From the IMG/VR virus record IMGVR_UViG_3300033149_002333, positions 2,976 to 66,975 of that record: 64,000 bases of DNA; one strand, 5' to 3'. Source of the DNA: a virus. This document shows, piece by piece, positions 49,758 to 58,474 of the stretch; position 1 is the stretch's first letter, and every line of letters starts with the position of its first letter. The notes under the pieces are model-generated. The model made no database searches. It saw only the letters and a program-made list of their open reading frames with translations, and was not told the DNA's origin. A program made the translations under genes and the position numbers.

Positions 49758-50637
49758 TGCTGATTTTCTCCGCTAGTTGAATAGCCGGGGCACAGCTTTC
49801 GACGGTCGGACCTCGGCCTTTGAGGATGGCTTGGTAGTTGGGTATGTGCAGATTGTTGAAGCCTTCTGAGAAGTTGAAAGTCTTCGAATCGCCAGAATCG
49901 TGGATTGTTATCTCGCGTTGCAGGGGAGCTCGGGGGTGGATTGATATATGGATGTTGATCGGACGTTCGAAATAATGCAAAGCGCATTCGATGGTGTGTC
50001 TGGGGTCGAAGGCCAGCGGGCGGCCTTCGACCTCGACTCTTCCCGGGTCGATGTCAAACGCCCAGCACAATAAATCGAGAATATGAATTCCGATATTGAA
50101 TACCAACCCGCCACTCATCTCACGCCGTGCTTTCCAAGTGCTCGAATACCAAGCCCCGCGCGGGGAGTTGTAGGTTATGTCGATTATCGGACTGTTGGTC
50201 AAAGCTGCCATACGGAGTAGCTTGCTGGCGTTGGGGTGATAACGCAACTGACTAATCCCCCAGATTTTGCGGGGGCGTAGGAGTTCGAGGCGTTCCAACT
50301 GCTTAGCTCCGAGGGCTATCGGCTTCTCGATGATGATTTCGGACGACATAAAAGGTAAGTGCTGGTGGATGTATTCCGCCTGCGAAACGTGTAGATAATT
50401 CGGGGTTGCTATTACGACGTAATCAGCGCTCCATAAGTCCGACTCCGAGATTTGGTTCTCGGAGTCGTAAGCTACATAGCGCGCAGCTGGAAAGTATTGC
50501 TCCAGATAGCCTACGTTCTCGTGTGGGTCGGCGGCTACGAGTAGGCGTCCGCCAACTTCTTTAATGGCTTTGACGTGCGAGCGGGCTATATAACCTGCTG
50601 CGCCTAGTAGAACAAAGGTTGGCGTGTCGCTAGGCAT
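49744..50637 (-). CDS. wbpB: Gfo/Idh/MocA UDP-GlcNAcA 3-dehydrogenase, WbpB/WlbA-like
   Basis: GAAGYIA..H.KAIK, TPNYLH, EKP, RG.WY...WK, NIGIH, FSEGF..LH...Y..IL.GRG. Confidence 0.88.
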   Translation of the reverse strand: MPSDTPTFVLLGAAGYIARSHVKAIKEVGGRLLVAADPHENVGYLEQYFPAARYVAYDSENQISESDLWSADYVVIATPNYLHVSQAEYIHQHLPFMSSEIIIEKPIALGAKQLERLELLRPRKIWGISQLRYHPNASKLLRMAALTNSPIIDITYNSPRGAWYSSTWKARREMSGGLVFNIGIHILDLLCWAFDIDPGRVEVEGRPLAFDPRHTIECALHYFERPINIHISIHPRAPLQREITIHDSGDSKTFNFSEGFNNLHIPNYQAILKGRGPTVESCAPAIQLAEKISNVVY

Positions 50638-50894
50638 TATCGAGCCTCCCGGGGTTGGGGAACGACCTCGAACTGTCTGGGAAGTAGCCGAACAAAACCT
50701 TCGTCGTCGACCACCACAACATAGAAGATTTTGGTTATAGGTTTGGGTTGCCTGCTTTGGGGTGGTGCAATAGGAGCCTGCTGAGACTGTACGGCTTGGG
50801 GTTGCTGAGGTGGTTGAACTGGGGCCGAAGTCTGTGCCAGAGCGTTCGAAGCGAACAGCAGAACCGCTAGCACAATCAAGCTAACTTTCCGCAT
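50637..50894 (-). CDS. Small secreted Gln/Pro-rich protein
   Basis: Signal peptide MRKVSLIVLAVLLFASNALA; AGGAGG RBS. Confidence 0.72.
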   Translation of the reverse strand: MRKVSLIVLAVLLFASNALAQTSAPVQPPQQPQAVQSQQAPIAPPQSRQPKPITKIFYVVVVDDEGFVRLLPRQFEVVPQPREAR

Positions 50895-50896
50895 TT

Positions 50897-51247
50897 CTAA
50901 TCCTCCTTGTTTAGACACTCTTCCAACTGCTTTCGCAACTCAATAAGCCGGTGCAACATCAGGATTCGTTGCATCTCGCAGTTGCCTAGTTTGTCCCGAC
51001 ACGTTTGCGGGGGAGTGGGGGTCGGCGGGGGTTGTTCAAAAACACACTCCCCGTCAACCCACTTCCCGCCCATCAGCTCGCAGGTTAGGTTGTTAGCGTA
51101 AACACCAACATGCCAGCCCAATCCGAGGATGAGAAGCAAACAAACAACTGAAATCCTCGCTCTCGCAGGACGCTTAGATCCAAGCCTTCGAGTTTTCTGA
51201 CCCGAATCGTATACGGCCCAAACGGACCGAATGTTACCCTTCCGCAT
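50897..51247 (-). CDS. Single-TM Cys-containing protein
   Basis: GGAGG RBS; TM segment; C...GG.W..GEC. Confidence 0.6.
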   Translation of the reverse strand: MRKGNIRSVWAVYDSGQKTRRLGSKRPARARISVVCLLLILGLGWHVGVYANNLTCELMGGKWVDGECVFEQPPPTPTPPQTCRDKLGNCEMQRILMLHRLIELRKQLEECLNKED

Positions 51248-51555
51248 GGTGTTGCCTCCGTGGTGACTGCGCCGGTGCCGGTTACGTAACGCACGGTTCC
51301 ATCCGGAGCTATGGTTCCGGCGTAGATGTTGTACGTTCCGGCTTGGGGGAGGACGCAGGTTGGTGAGAATTTGTTCGAAGCGAGGGGCCGTTCCACTTCA
51401 GTTATGCCTTCGGCGACTTCGTAGCGCTGAGTTGGAGTTGCCAAATAGCCCTTGATTGCGTCGAGGATACTAGCATAAATTGCCTGCCACGAAACCTCGG
51501 CTTTGGGTTGGACGTTTGAGATAATTACTTCGGTCAAATGGGTGATGTCGTTCAT
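51085..51555 (-). CDS. Hypothetical protein
   Basis: AAGGAG RBS; 3' part overlaps the next gene. Confidence 0.55.
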   Translation of the reverse strand: MNDITHLTEVIISNVQPKAEVSWQAIYASILDAIKGYLATPTQRYEVAEGITEVERPLASNKFSPTCVLPQAGTYNIYAGTIAPDGTVRYVTGTGAVTTEATPCGRVTFGPFGPYTIRVRKLEGLDLSVLRERGFQLFVCFSSSDWAGMLVFTLTT

Positions 51556-52157
51556 TTTACTTCTCCTTCCTTGTTTAGGATTCGTGCTGGATTGCCTACC
51601 ACTGTAACTCCACTTGGAACATCCTTAACTACAACTGCTCCCATTCCAACAAAGGCTTCATCACCAACCGTAACATCCCCGCGAATCAGTGCGCCGGGCG
51701 AGACCCAAACCCAATTACCTAATTTAGCCCCGCCGCAAATCACGGCACCGGTTCCGATGATGCAGTGCTCGCCGATTTCAACATTATGCCCGATTTTGGC
51801 GAGGGCGTTGATTTTAGTTCCGGCTCCGATACGGGTTGGTTCGCGCGTTCCACTCGAAATGTCGACGAATGGATAAATCTCGACGTCGTCTCCAAGCACA
51901 ACCCCGGCGCAGCTTGGTATGTGGAGCCAACCTTCGGGAGTGCGAGCATAACCAAATCCCGGCGAGCCGATTTGGGCCGTTGGATGAATGCGCTGCCGTC
52001 CGTAGGTCGGCTCGGGTTCGATGTGTTTACCTTTCAGATCGGGCGTTGCTGCGTCGAGCTGTCGGGCGAACTCGGCCCGGGGGTTGGAGCTAGGAATGTA
52101 GCGTTCGCCGATCCAAACACCGTGGTCGTCGTACCGAATGTCGTTTAGGTCAAGCAT
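51552..52157 (-). CDS. Hexapeptide-repeat acyltransferase, LpxD-like
   Basis: IGSPGFGY..GVVLGDDVEI..TKI....IGHNVEIG..GNPAR. Confidence 0.88.
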   Translation of the reverse strand: MLDLNDIRYDDHGVWIGERYIPSSNPRAEFARQLDAATPDLKGKHIEPEPTYGRQRIHPTAQIGSPGFGYARTPEGWLHIPSCAGVVLGDDVEIYPFVDISSGTREPTRIGAGTKINALAKIGHNVEIGEHCIIGTGAVICGGAKLGNWVWVSPGALIRGDVTVGDEAFVGMGAVVVKDVPSGVTVVGNPARILNKEGEVK

Positions 52158-52169
52158 ATCGAACCTCTC

Positions 52170-52805
52170 TCACCAACGCTTAACTCCTTTCCACATGGCT
52201 TTGAGTTGCGTGTCTTGAACCTTTGCAGCTAAGTCCCTAATGCGTTCCCAGCCGGTCCACCATTCTGGGTGGAGGTTGATTTCGTACAATACTTGATCAT
52301 CCGGGCGAGGGCTGAAATTCAAGGGTCGGTTGTTGGAGTCGGCTAGATAGACATACTCTGGGGAGTTTGGGTCGTTGGTTACAGCACTTGGACATGCCAC
52401 ACCGCCGCCTCCGTGGAGGGTAGGCGTATCGAAGTATGCTTCCAGACCTACGATCGCACTCACCATTGCGTCGGCTAGGTAGTCGATATGCGAATCCTTG
52501 GGATAATAAACATGCAGCCCAACATCGAAGCCGAGCGAAGTAATCTCGTCGACAATCGCGATGTTCTCAGGCAGCATCAAATTATAAAACGGCGAATCCA
52601 GGCAAAAGAAATAAGTCGACGGAACATCGAGATAAGACTCCGTCTTAGCCATCTCCAAGGCCGCCGGGGGCCAGCAGTCAACATCATGCCTCAACCATAT
52701 AGCCGGGGCATAGACGTCGACATCTTCCAAACTACTCACAAAAACATGCTTAGCTTCTTTGCATTTTTGGATAAACTCCGCATAATCCTTTAATCCTTTA
52801 CCCAT
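52170..52805 (-). CDS. Polysaccharide-deacetylase-like protein (WbmS-like)
   Basis: LRHDVD, STYFF, GFDVGLH, YLADS, HPEWW. Confidence 0.78.
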   Translation of the reverse strand: MGKGLKDYAEFIQKCKEAKHVFVSSLEDVDVYAPAIWLRHDVDCWPPAALEMAKTESYLDVPSTYFFCLDSPFYNLMLPENIAIVDEITSLGFDVGLHVYYPKDSHIDYLADAMVSAIVGLEAYFDTPTLHGGGGVACPSAVTNDPNSPEYVYLADSNNRPLNFSPRPDDQVLYEINLHPEWWTGWERIRDLAAKVQDTQLKAMWKGVKRW

Positions 52806-54040
52806 TGTTGCACCTCCGAGTTGGCAAGATGATAGTAAGTCTCCAACTTTTCGATGCCGAGGGCTCGTCGACCCAATCGGAGGGCTGCTACCAAACTTGC
52901 CCCACTGCCTGCGAATGGGTCGCAGACTAGCTCGCCCTCAACCGTCGAGGCTTCGATTAGGTATTCGATGACTTCGGGTGGTTTTTGGGCTGGGTGAAGT
53001 TTTTGAGCTGGGGGTTTGGCTTCGATGACGGCGTAGAGAGGATTGATAAACGGTTTAGGAGCTCCGCGTGAGAAGCAGATTATAGGTTCGTAGTCTTGTT
53101 TAATGGTTAGATAAGGCTGGCTCGCGTGAGCGACGCGGGGTTTGTACCAAATCGAGAATTGGTCTTTGACGGCGTAGTCTAAGTCGCGCAAAATTCTATA
53201 CATAGCCCCGCTTAGCAGGTGCTTCGAAGCGCAAAACAGCCAGCACAAACTCCCAGGAACGAGCTTGGGCTTGAGGAGTTCGAGGACGGTTTTGGTGTCG
53301 TTCAAGGTCCAGCTTTCGGAGTTGAATTGCGAGTCGTACTCAACGTCCCAAGGCGGGTCGGTTATTAAGCAGTCAATCGAGTTGTCAGGCAGTATCGGGA
53401 TGATTTCGCGACAATCGCCGCGCTTGAGCAGGAGTTTCTGGCTCGCATCAAGCGCAGGCGCGGCTTCGGGTTTAGACTCCGGCTTTTGCTCAGCCGACTC
53501 TTGCTTCAACGCGCTCAACATAACCCGCGCATTAAGGTGTTGCTGACGTTTGTAGGCATTCCAAGCCTGAATTTTGGTTTTGCATTGCTTAAAACCTTCA
53601 GGATTAGACTTAACTGCTTTAGCAAGTTGCAAATCTTGACTCAACTTGCCAGTCGAAATGCCTAAATGCTCCGCAGTATCTTGTTGAAACCACTCTCTAT
53701 CCGCATTACGAGCTAGCAGTTTATGAACTCGTTCCTTAGCATCCAGTTTCTCTTGCCAAGTCAAGCCCTGCCTGCGGATGTTTTCTTCGAGTTCGATCAG
53801 TTCCTTTTTCCATTGGGGCAAATCACTGAAACACTCGGCTCGAATGTGGGTCCAGCCGAGTTGCCGCGCGGCCCTAACGCGACATTCGCCAGCGATTATA
53901 TAATCGTCCTCGTCGATCACAATAGAATGAATCTGCCCGGTCAAGCGGAGCGACTCGGCCAGCTTATCGATATAATCCGGATCGACATGCTGCCGCTGCC
54001 TATCGGGTTTGATTTTGAGTTTCGCAAGTTCGACTTTCAT
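52790..54040 (-). CDS. ParB/Srx domain fused to an N6-A/N4-C DNA methyltransferase
   Basis: IIAGECRVRAA..ELEENIRR; ITDPPW, HPAQKP, DPFAGSG. Confidence 0.92.
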   Translation of the reverse strand: MKVELAKLKIKPDRQRQHVDPDYIDKLAESLRLTGQIHSIVIDEDDYIIAGECRVRAARQLGWTHIRAECFSDLPQWKKELIELEENIRRQGLTWQEKLDAKERVHKLLARNADREWFQQDTAEHLGISTGKLSQDLQLAKAVKSNPEGFKQCKTKIQAWNAYKRQQHLNARVMLSALKQESAEQKPESKPEAAPALDASQKLLLKRGDCREIIPILPDNSIDCLITDPPWDVEYDSQFNSESWTLNDTKTVLELLKPKLVPGSLCWLFCASKHLLSGAMYRILRDLDYAVKDQFSIWYKPRVAHASQPYLTIKQDYEPIICFSRGAPKPFINPLYAVIEAKPPAQKLHPAQKPPEVIEYLIEASTVEGELVCDPFAGSGASLVAALRLGRRALGIEKLETYYHLANSEVQQWVKD

Positions 54041-54249
54041 GGATATTCACGCTCCGGTTGAATAGCTATAGGCTCGCCGCAGAAAGGACAGTGGGTTATG
54101 TAAGTTGTCGACTCGCGAGCTTGCGAGAACTTGATCCGCGGTCGGCCATCAAAGACGCCATAAGTGAAACTTGGTGCAGCGCGGAACGAGGTCAGAGCGT
54201 CGCGCATCTCCTCGCAGCAAAAGTGGATTGACATTCGGCCTAAGCGCAT
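54037..54249 (-). CDS. Small Zn-ribbon protein
   Basis: FCCEEM..HCPFCG. Confidence 0.65.
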   Translation of the reverse strand: MRLGRMSIHFCCEEMRDALTSFRAAPSFTYGVFDGRPRIKFSQARESTTYITHCPFCGEPIAIQPEREYP

Positions 54250-54348
54250 TTTTCCAATCTCCCAGTTCGGTTTGAATGCCCTCAGTTTGCTAAGCGGGGA
54301 GAGGGCAGGCCCGTTGGAGGTTGAAAGTTACGGCCTGGCGGGAGAGAC

Positions 54349-54618
54349 CTACGCTTCGGCCAACATAGCCATGAGCTTCTCGACCTGCTCTGGCGATGCA
54401 GTCTTGAGCATGTTGATCAGCTCCCGGGGGATTCCGCCGCCGGTGACTTCGCGGCGCTTGGCATCGGTCCAACGGATCTTCCGCTGCTGGAGATAGAGTT
54501 TGAAGATTTTCTCTTCGCCGTCGACCTCAAGCGCCTCGTCGAGGCTTTCTGGGTAGGCATAATCGCCACTCCAAACAACGGACCCTTTGGATTTGATTTC
54601 CACTTGTTCGGTCTGCAT
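54349..54618 (-). CDS. Hypothetical protein
   Basis: AAGGAG RBS; 89 aa. Confidence 0.7.
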   Translation of the reverse strand: MQTEQVEIKSKGSVVWSGDYAYPESLDEALEVDGEEKIFKLYLQQRKIRWTDAKRREVTGGGIPRELINMLKTASPEQVEKLMAMLAEA

Positions 54619-54688
54619 AAATAGCTCCTTGATTTGAAGGTTAACGGTTAAATTGCCTTAGCCTCTTGGAACTTCACCTCCTTTCTCG

Positions 54689-55147
54689 TTAGTATTCGAA
54701 GCCAGCTACATCGCTCGTCGGGGGCGCGTCTTGGTCGTCAACCCACTGGCCGGCTTCGTTCTGCTTACGGGCAGGCACTTGCTTAATGCGAACAACCCCG
54801 GATAGATTAACATACTCATCCGGATCGATCGCCGAGCCGGTCCAGGGCTTGCCGACAGCTTTGCAAAGGCCCACCAAATTGCCCACGCCGGTGATGATTA
54901 CTTCACCCGTAACCGGATCAGGCCAGGGCAACATGGTCATGAAACGCTGCCTGCGCGTTTTGCCGGATTCGACTTCGACCGCCAGCTGCCACACTAAATA
55001 AGGCCGCCCGGGGTTTTTGGAGGTTTCGCCACTTTCGAGTTTCTCCCATGACAAAATAGTGAACGGATACGTCCCTGGCGGGATCGGTTTGGGTCGGTCT
55101 TCGTCTTTTACATCGTCGAAATTCACGTTCAGGTCAATCGTTGGCAT
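54689..55147 (-). CDS. DUF669-like single-stranded DNA-binding protein
   Basis: PIPPGTY.F.I; adjacent to the Sak4-like ATPase. Confidence 0.75.
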   Translation of the reverse strand: MPTIDLNVNFDDVKDEDRPKPIPPGTYPFTILSWEKLESGETSKNPGRPYLVWQLAVEVESGKTRRQRFMTMLPWPDPVTGEVIITGVGNLVGLCKAVGKPWTGSAIDPDEYVNLSGVVRIKQVPARKQNEAGQWVDDQDAPPTSDVAGFEY

Positions 55148-55204
55148 CTTGCGACTCCTTGTTTAAGGTTTGGGTTGATTGGACGATTAGCTGCTAGGGT
55201 TAGC

Positions 55205-56026
55205 CTAATCACCTCCTTTCGGTTGGGATAGACGCTCGATCGAACCGGCGATGGAGCGATAGTGGGTAGGCAGCGGGCTGGCTAGGTCGAAGCGACTGCC
55301 AGCCACCACCGGACCTGCGCCTTGGGTGTGCATTAGGTATTCCGCCTTGCCGCCTTTGGGGCGGGTGAAGGTATGATAAACCTCATCGAAATACCCAGCT
55401 ACTTCGCTGGCTAGTTTGCCGACGAAATTAGGCCGCACCTCAATCACGGCTCCGGATTCTTTGTCTTCGCGGATTTCTTGATGGGCGATGCAGACGAAGT
55501 TAATTCCAGGTAGGGCGCGGCCGTCGGTTAGCAAGCCGAGCATCAGGTTGCGCAGCTTGCCCCATTCGGGCTGGGTGATTTTGTGCGTTTGCTTCAAAAA
55601 CGCGGCATGGCGTCCGGTTAGGCATAAAACTTGATCCAGGGCCATTTTGCTGAGAGAGGTTACTTCATCGAGAACGACTGTTTTGGGTTTGACTCCAGCA
55701 TATTCGCTGCGTTCTTTTAGATGGTCGAAGGCCGTGCGAACGGTTAGCCAGCCGATATGTTGGCTGGCTGGGCCGACTTTAATGATGCGGTCTTCGATGG
55801 GTACGCGGTAGATTTTGTCCAAATGCTTGATTCGCCCGGCTGTGGCTGCAGTTTTGAGCGTTAGTAAGCCGCGCCCAGAGTCGAGAAATAGCACTTCGCC
55901 CAGCTCAGCCCACGTGCCAGCGAACTCGGTCTTGCCGGTCTTGGGCATCCCGTAGATTAGGATGTCGTATTTGGTTGGAACGAACTTAGCTAAAGATTCG
56001 GGGTCGGGGAGGGTTATTTGGGTCAT
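55205..56026 (-). CDS. AAA_24 / Sak4-like ATPase (single-strand annealing)
   Basis: LIYGMPKTGKT, TVVLDEVT, CIAHQ, GYFDEV. Confidence 0.88.
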   Translation of the reverse strand: MTQITLPDPESLAKFVPTKYDILIYGMPKTGKTEFAGTWAELGEVLFLDSGRGLLTLKTAATAGRIKHLDKIYRVPIEDRIIKVGPASQHIGWLTVRTAFDHLKERSEYAGVKPKTVVLDEVTSLSKMALDQVLCLTGRHAAFLKQTHKITQPEWGKLRNLMLGLLTDGRALPGINFVCIAHQEIREDKESGAVIEVRPNFVGKLASEVAGYFDEVYHTFTRPKGGKAEYLMHTQGAGPVVAGSRFDLASPLPTHYRSIAGSIERLSQPKGGD

Positions 56027-56406
56027 TAGCTAGGCTCCTTTGTGGCTAGGGCGTTTTCGTAGACTGCTGAGACGAGGTCCGACGCATCGATTAATTGACG
56101 CGGCATATTCGGCTCGCAAGAATGATGATACATTGCAACACACGCAGCGAATCTCAAAGCGCTGCGTATTCCCTGTAAAAGCTCCGGATTTTCCGAGGCC
56201 CGAGCCATTCGCAGTATGCTTGCAGCTTCCCACAGTAAAGCAGTGGTGTCGTTCAATTCGGGGTTGCAGGTACATTCTTGGGGACACTGTCGATAGTTAG
56301 ATTTGATGCCGTCTTGACAATTCGGAGCGTGGACTAACTTGCGCAAGGACAGTTCTAGTTTTTTAGCTTTGTTCTGTAGTCCTTCTGTCCAAACTTCTTT
56401 GGTCAT
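56026..56406 (-). CDS. HAPxC..CPxxCxCxP family paralog 4
   Basis: Shared N-terminal motif with the other three copies. Confidence 0.8.
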   Translation of the reverse strand: MTKEVWTEGLQNKAKKLELSLRKLVHAPNCQDGIKSNYRQCPQECTCNPELNDTTALLWEAASILRMARASENPELLQGIRSALRFAACVAMYHHSCEPNMPRQLIDASDLVSAVYENALATKEPS

Positions 56407-56789
56407 CGTTTGACCTCCCCCGAAATGGACCTAATGAAGGCTATTCTAATCGTTTGCACTGTCTCCCACAACAACATTGCTGGAGGTTCTTTGTAGGGGT
56501 CGTGATGACGATTAACAGCGTCGTACAAAACTTGTGCTCCACACAAGAGCGCGTGGAGCATATGTGTTCTGTCTTCGTCCCGGGCGTGCCTCAATACATC
56601 AGCGGCCTTCCACAGCATAGCGGTGAAATCGTTGAGTTCTGGATCGCAGCCGCATTGCTGAGGGCAAATTCGGTACTCAAGCGCGGGGTCGCTCGTGCAG
56701 CCCGGGGCGTGGACGCATTTGCGTAGTTTCATTTCCAACTCTTCGCATTTGTTTCTCGATTCTTCTGTCCAAGCCTTTTCAGTCACCAC
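56403..56789 (-). CDS. HAPxC..CPxxCxCxP family paralog 3
   Basis: Shared N-terminal motif. Confidence 0.8.
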   Translation of the reverse strand: MVTEKAWTEESRNKCEELEMKLRKCVHAPGCTSDPALEYRICPQQCGCDPELNDFTAMLWKAADVLRHARDEDRTHMLHALLCGAQVLYDAVNRHHDPYKEPPAMLLWETVQTIRIAFIRSISGEVKR

Positions 56790-57157
56790 TCAACCTCCTT
56801 TTCGTCCACAAACTTACGGTGCATCTTCCACAGCACGACCTCTGCCCGATCCAACGCTTGTACTCGTGGGTCCTTAGGATCGTTGTGGTGGTAAATAGCC
56901 GTATTAAACAAGGTGCTCACACCTACTGCGAACAGGTTTGTATGAACTGGGAAAAACTCCCGCGCACGCTTTAGGTATTTCGCGGCTTGCCACAGAATGG
57001 CCGTGAAGTCGTCGAGCTTTGGATTGCAAGAGCAACCCCTGGGGCAGTCGTTAGGGTCAGCCTCGCAATCCGGAGCGTGGGCAAACCTCCGTAGGTCTGT
57101 CTCCACTTTTTTAGACTCTTCAACTAAGCTCTTTAGGTCAGTTTGCACGTTGGTCAT
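56783..57157 (-). CDS. HAPxC..CPxxCxCxP family paralog 2
   Basis: Shared N-terminal motif. Confidence 0.8.
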   Translation of the reverse strand: MTNVQTDLKSLVEESKKVETDLRRFAHAPDCEADPNDCPRGCSCNPKLDDFTAILWQAAKYLKRAREFFPVHTNLFAVGVSTLFNTAIYHHNDPKDPRVQALDRAEVVLWKMHRKFVDEKEVEW

Positions 57158-57184
57158 TGTTCGACCTCCTTTCCAAAGGCCACA

Positions 57185-57382
57185 CTACGATTCATCCTCT
57201 GTAGAAACGGTTATTCCAGAACCACCTTTTGGTACAGTGATTGTATTGTTTGAAACCGTAACTTCAACCTGAACAGAAATGAGAGCCTTTGAGAGGTTCT
57301 CGATTGCCCGCGACACTGCGGCGATTGCTTCCATCTTCTCAGTGGACGTGTTCGGTATTGCTACGTTGATTGGTTTACTCAT
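57185..57382 (-). CDS. Small hypothetical protein
   Basis: GAGGAG before ATG 57382. Confidence 0.6.
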   Translation of the reverse strand: MSKPINVAIPNTSTEKMEAIAAVSRAIENLSKALISVQVEVTVSNNTITVPKGGSGITVSTEDES

Positions 57383-57398
57383 CTTTAATAGTCTCCTC

Positions 57399-57992
57399 TC
57401 ACAACCTAATCGCTTCATTAAATGAAGCCTTAGGTGCGTCAATAAGCACCTGAACCGCGGCGCTCAACTTCAGAGGCTCGCTGACGTGCATATACCTACC
57501 ACCTGTTGCTTCGGCGATGGATTTGAGCAACCGTTCGGCCTCTGCTCGGTCGTAGCCATCCTGGAAGAAACCAACGGTGTCGACCTTGCAGTAGGGATGC
57601 TTTCTGACTTCTTCGAGGATGGTGTTTGGCGTAGCGTCAGTCGGCATACCGTCGCTCAGCAAGACAGCATGCGATGGTGCACCCGGCTGCCAAGCGTATT
57701 CTAAGGCTGCTAGCATGGCGGTGTTGCCAGCTGTCGTCAGTCTGTCTATATCCTGCTCCGTGATCTCATACAAATCCGAGCCGAACCCTACGCACTCAAA
57801 CCCCGGCTTCCAAATGTCACGCAAAGCGCGCTTCAAGCCTTCCAACTTCTCTCCGGCCATCGAACCGGAGATGTCTGCTAGCAGAAGAACCTTATTCGAT
57901 TGGACCACGGCCTTCGTTTGACTGAGCTTAACTCCGCGAACTCCAGCCTTAACCACTGCCGAGCTTCTAGCATCGGTCTTTGCGACATCCAT
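57399..57992 (-). CDS. von Willebrand factor A domain protein
   Basis: MIDAS DISGSM, GNT, LSDGMP, IAEATGGRY. Confidence 0.9.
   Translation of the reverse strand: MDVAKTDARSSAVVKAGVRGVKLSQTKAVVQSNKVLLLADISGSMAGEKLEGLKRALRDIWKPGFECVGFGSDLYEITEQDIDRLTTAGNTAMLAALEYAWQPGAPSHAVLLSDGMPTDATPNTILEEVRKHPYCKVDTVGFFQDGYDRAEAERLLKSIAEATGGRYMHVSEPLKLSAAVQVLIDAPKASFNEAIRL
57412..57428. promoter_or_regulatory. Palindrome copy 4 of 5, extended GCTTCATTAAATGAAGC
   Basis: 17-bp inverted repeat at the 3' end of the vWA gene. Confidence 0.55.
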
Positions 57993-57994
57993 CC

Positions 57995-58474
57995 CTAACT
58001 CCTTTCTTCTCCGTTTGCAAGTTCGCCCAAAATTTCCTTGTACGCCGCGTTTATCTTCTGCATTGCTTCGACGTCGCCACCTTTGTCGGGATGATATTTC
58101 TGCGCGAGGGTTTTGTAGGCAGCGCGCACGATCTCAAGCGGGGCGTTGGGAATGAGATACAACCTCGACCAGGCATCCGCAGCGACTTCATGTGCAGGAA
58201 AATCAATAAGCTGAACTTCATCAAAATACTCCTCCATAATCAAGCACAAACGGTCGAATTGCGACTTGACGACATACCAACATTTGTCGTTTTTGTCCCA
58301 AAGTCGGTGTTTGGCTGCGATACTTTTCTTAAGGGTTTCAGTGAAGGCTTTGTTATAACCCGCGTCTACTTGCAACATTACACCATTAGGTAAGTGTCGG
58401 ATTGAAGCGATGCTGCGACCAAGTGGACGGCGGGTGCGTTGGCCTGCGGAACTAATTGGTCGGAGGCGTCTCAT
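57995..58474 (-). CDS. J-domain (DnaJ-like) protein with HARP-like N-terminal domain
   Basis: AAYKTLAQKYHPDKGG..INAAY; YNKAF...LK..RLWD...KCWYV. Confidence 0.85.
   Translation of the reverse strand: MRRLRPISSAGQRTRRPLGRSIASIRHLPNGVMLQVDAGYNKAFTETLKKSIAAKHRLWDKNDKCWYVVKSQFDRLCLIMEEYFDEVQLIDFPAHEVAADAWSRLYLIPNAPLEIVRAAYKTLAQKYHPDKGGDVEAMQKINAAYKEILGELANGEERS

Noticed and set aside
51552-52157. True lpxD / lipid A synthesis
   Set aside because: It lacks the LpxD N-terminal domain and no other lpx genes are present; kept as a generic acyltransferase.
52790-54040. ParB as evidence of a plasmid-prophage partition system
   Set aside because: It is fused to a methyltransferase, a common phage architecture; no ParA or canonical parS was seen.
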